64,000 nt of DNA from Malacoraja senta. Taxonomy: Eukaryota. Below, piece by piece: positions 63,951 through 64,000 of the stretch (position 1 is its first letter; each line of letters opens with the position of its first letter). The notes beneath the pieces are model-generated. The model was not told the DNA's origin. It saw only the letters and a program-made list of their open reading frames with translations, and ran no database searches. Made by a program: the position numbers and the translations under genes. The stretch is from contig CM075986.1 of assembly GCA_038087875.1 (NCBI GenBank), forward strand, positions 13,578,001 through 13,642,000. The letters run 5' to 3'.

Positions 63951-64000
63951 TGAGTACTGTCTTACATTGATGATAGACACAAAAAGCTGGAGTAACTCGG

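Noticed and set aside
55686-64000. Preceding WNT3 exon (..RESAFVHAI..)
   Set aside because: Not found; it lies beyond the window end

Overview
Vertebrate genomic DNA. The repeat landscape (HE1-like tRNA-SINEs, HER1/CR1 LINEs, Deu-domain SINE relics, Penelope elements) points to a cartilaginous fish, probably a skate or ray; this is an inference. The window holds the convergent 3' ends of two genes that are also tail-to-tail in human. NSF (+) contributes its last four coding exons (16320-16454, 19864-19977, 41922-41977, 42235-42265) and a probable 3' UTR to ~44450. WNT3 (-) contributes its last coding exon (55685-55206) and a probable 3' UTR to ~52700. The rest is intron or intergenic DNA full of transposon debris (CR1, L2, RTE, Rex-like, Gypsy, Penelope, hAT- and Harbinger-like MITEs), with two assembly gaps. 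The most notable unannotated signal is a family of about 15 short, often fold-back, Penelope-derived inserts. Several carry a minimal hammerhead-ribozyme-like core (CUGAAGA-stem II-GAAACGUH), and several have their own 10-15 bp target-site duplications; one copy is nested in the ribozyme stem of an older relative. Other points: a CpG/CCAAT-rich hAT-like MITE, long pre-miRNA-like hairpins, inverted young CR1 copies flanking two phase-0 NSF exons, and a back-to-back poly(A) signal. No prokaryotic-type system was found. Most ORFs in the supplied track are spurious or transposon-derived. TE boundaries without a TSD or TIR are approximate.
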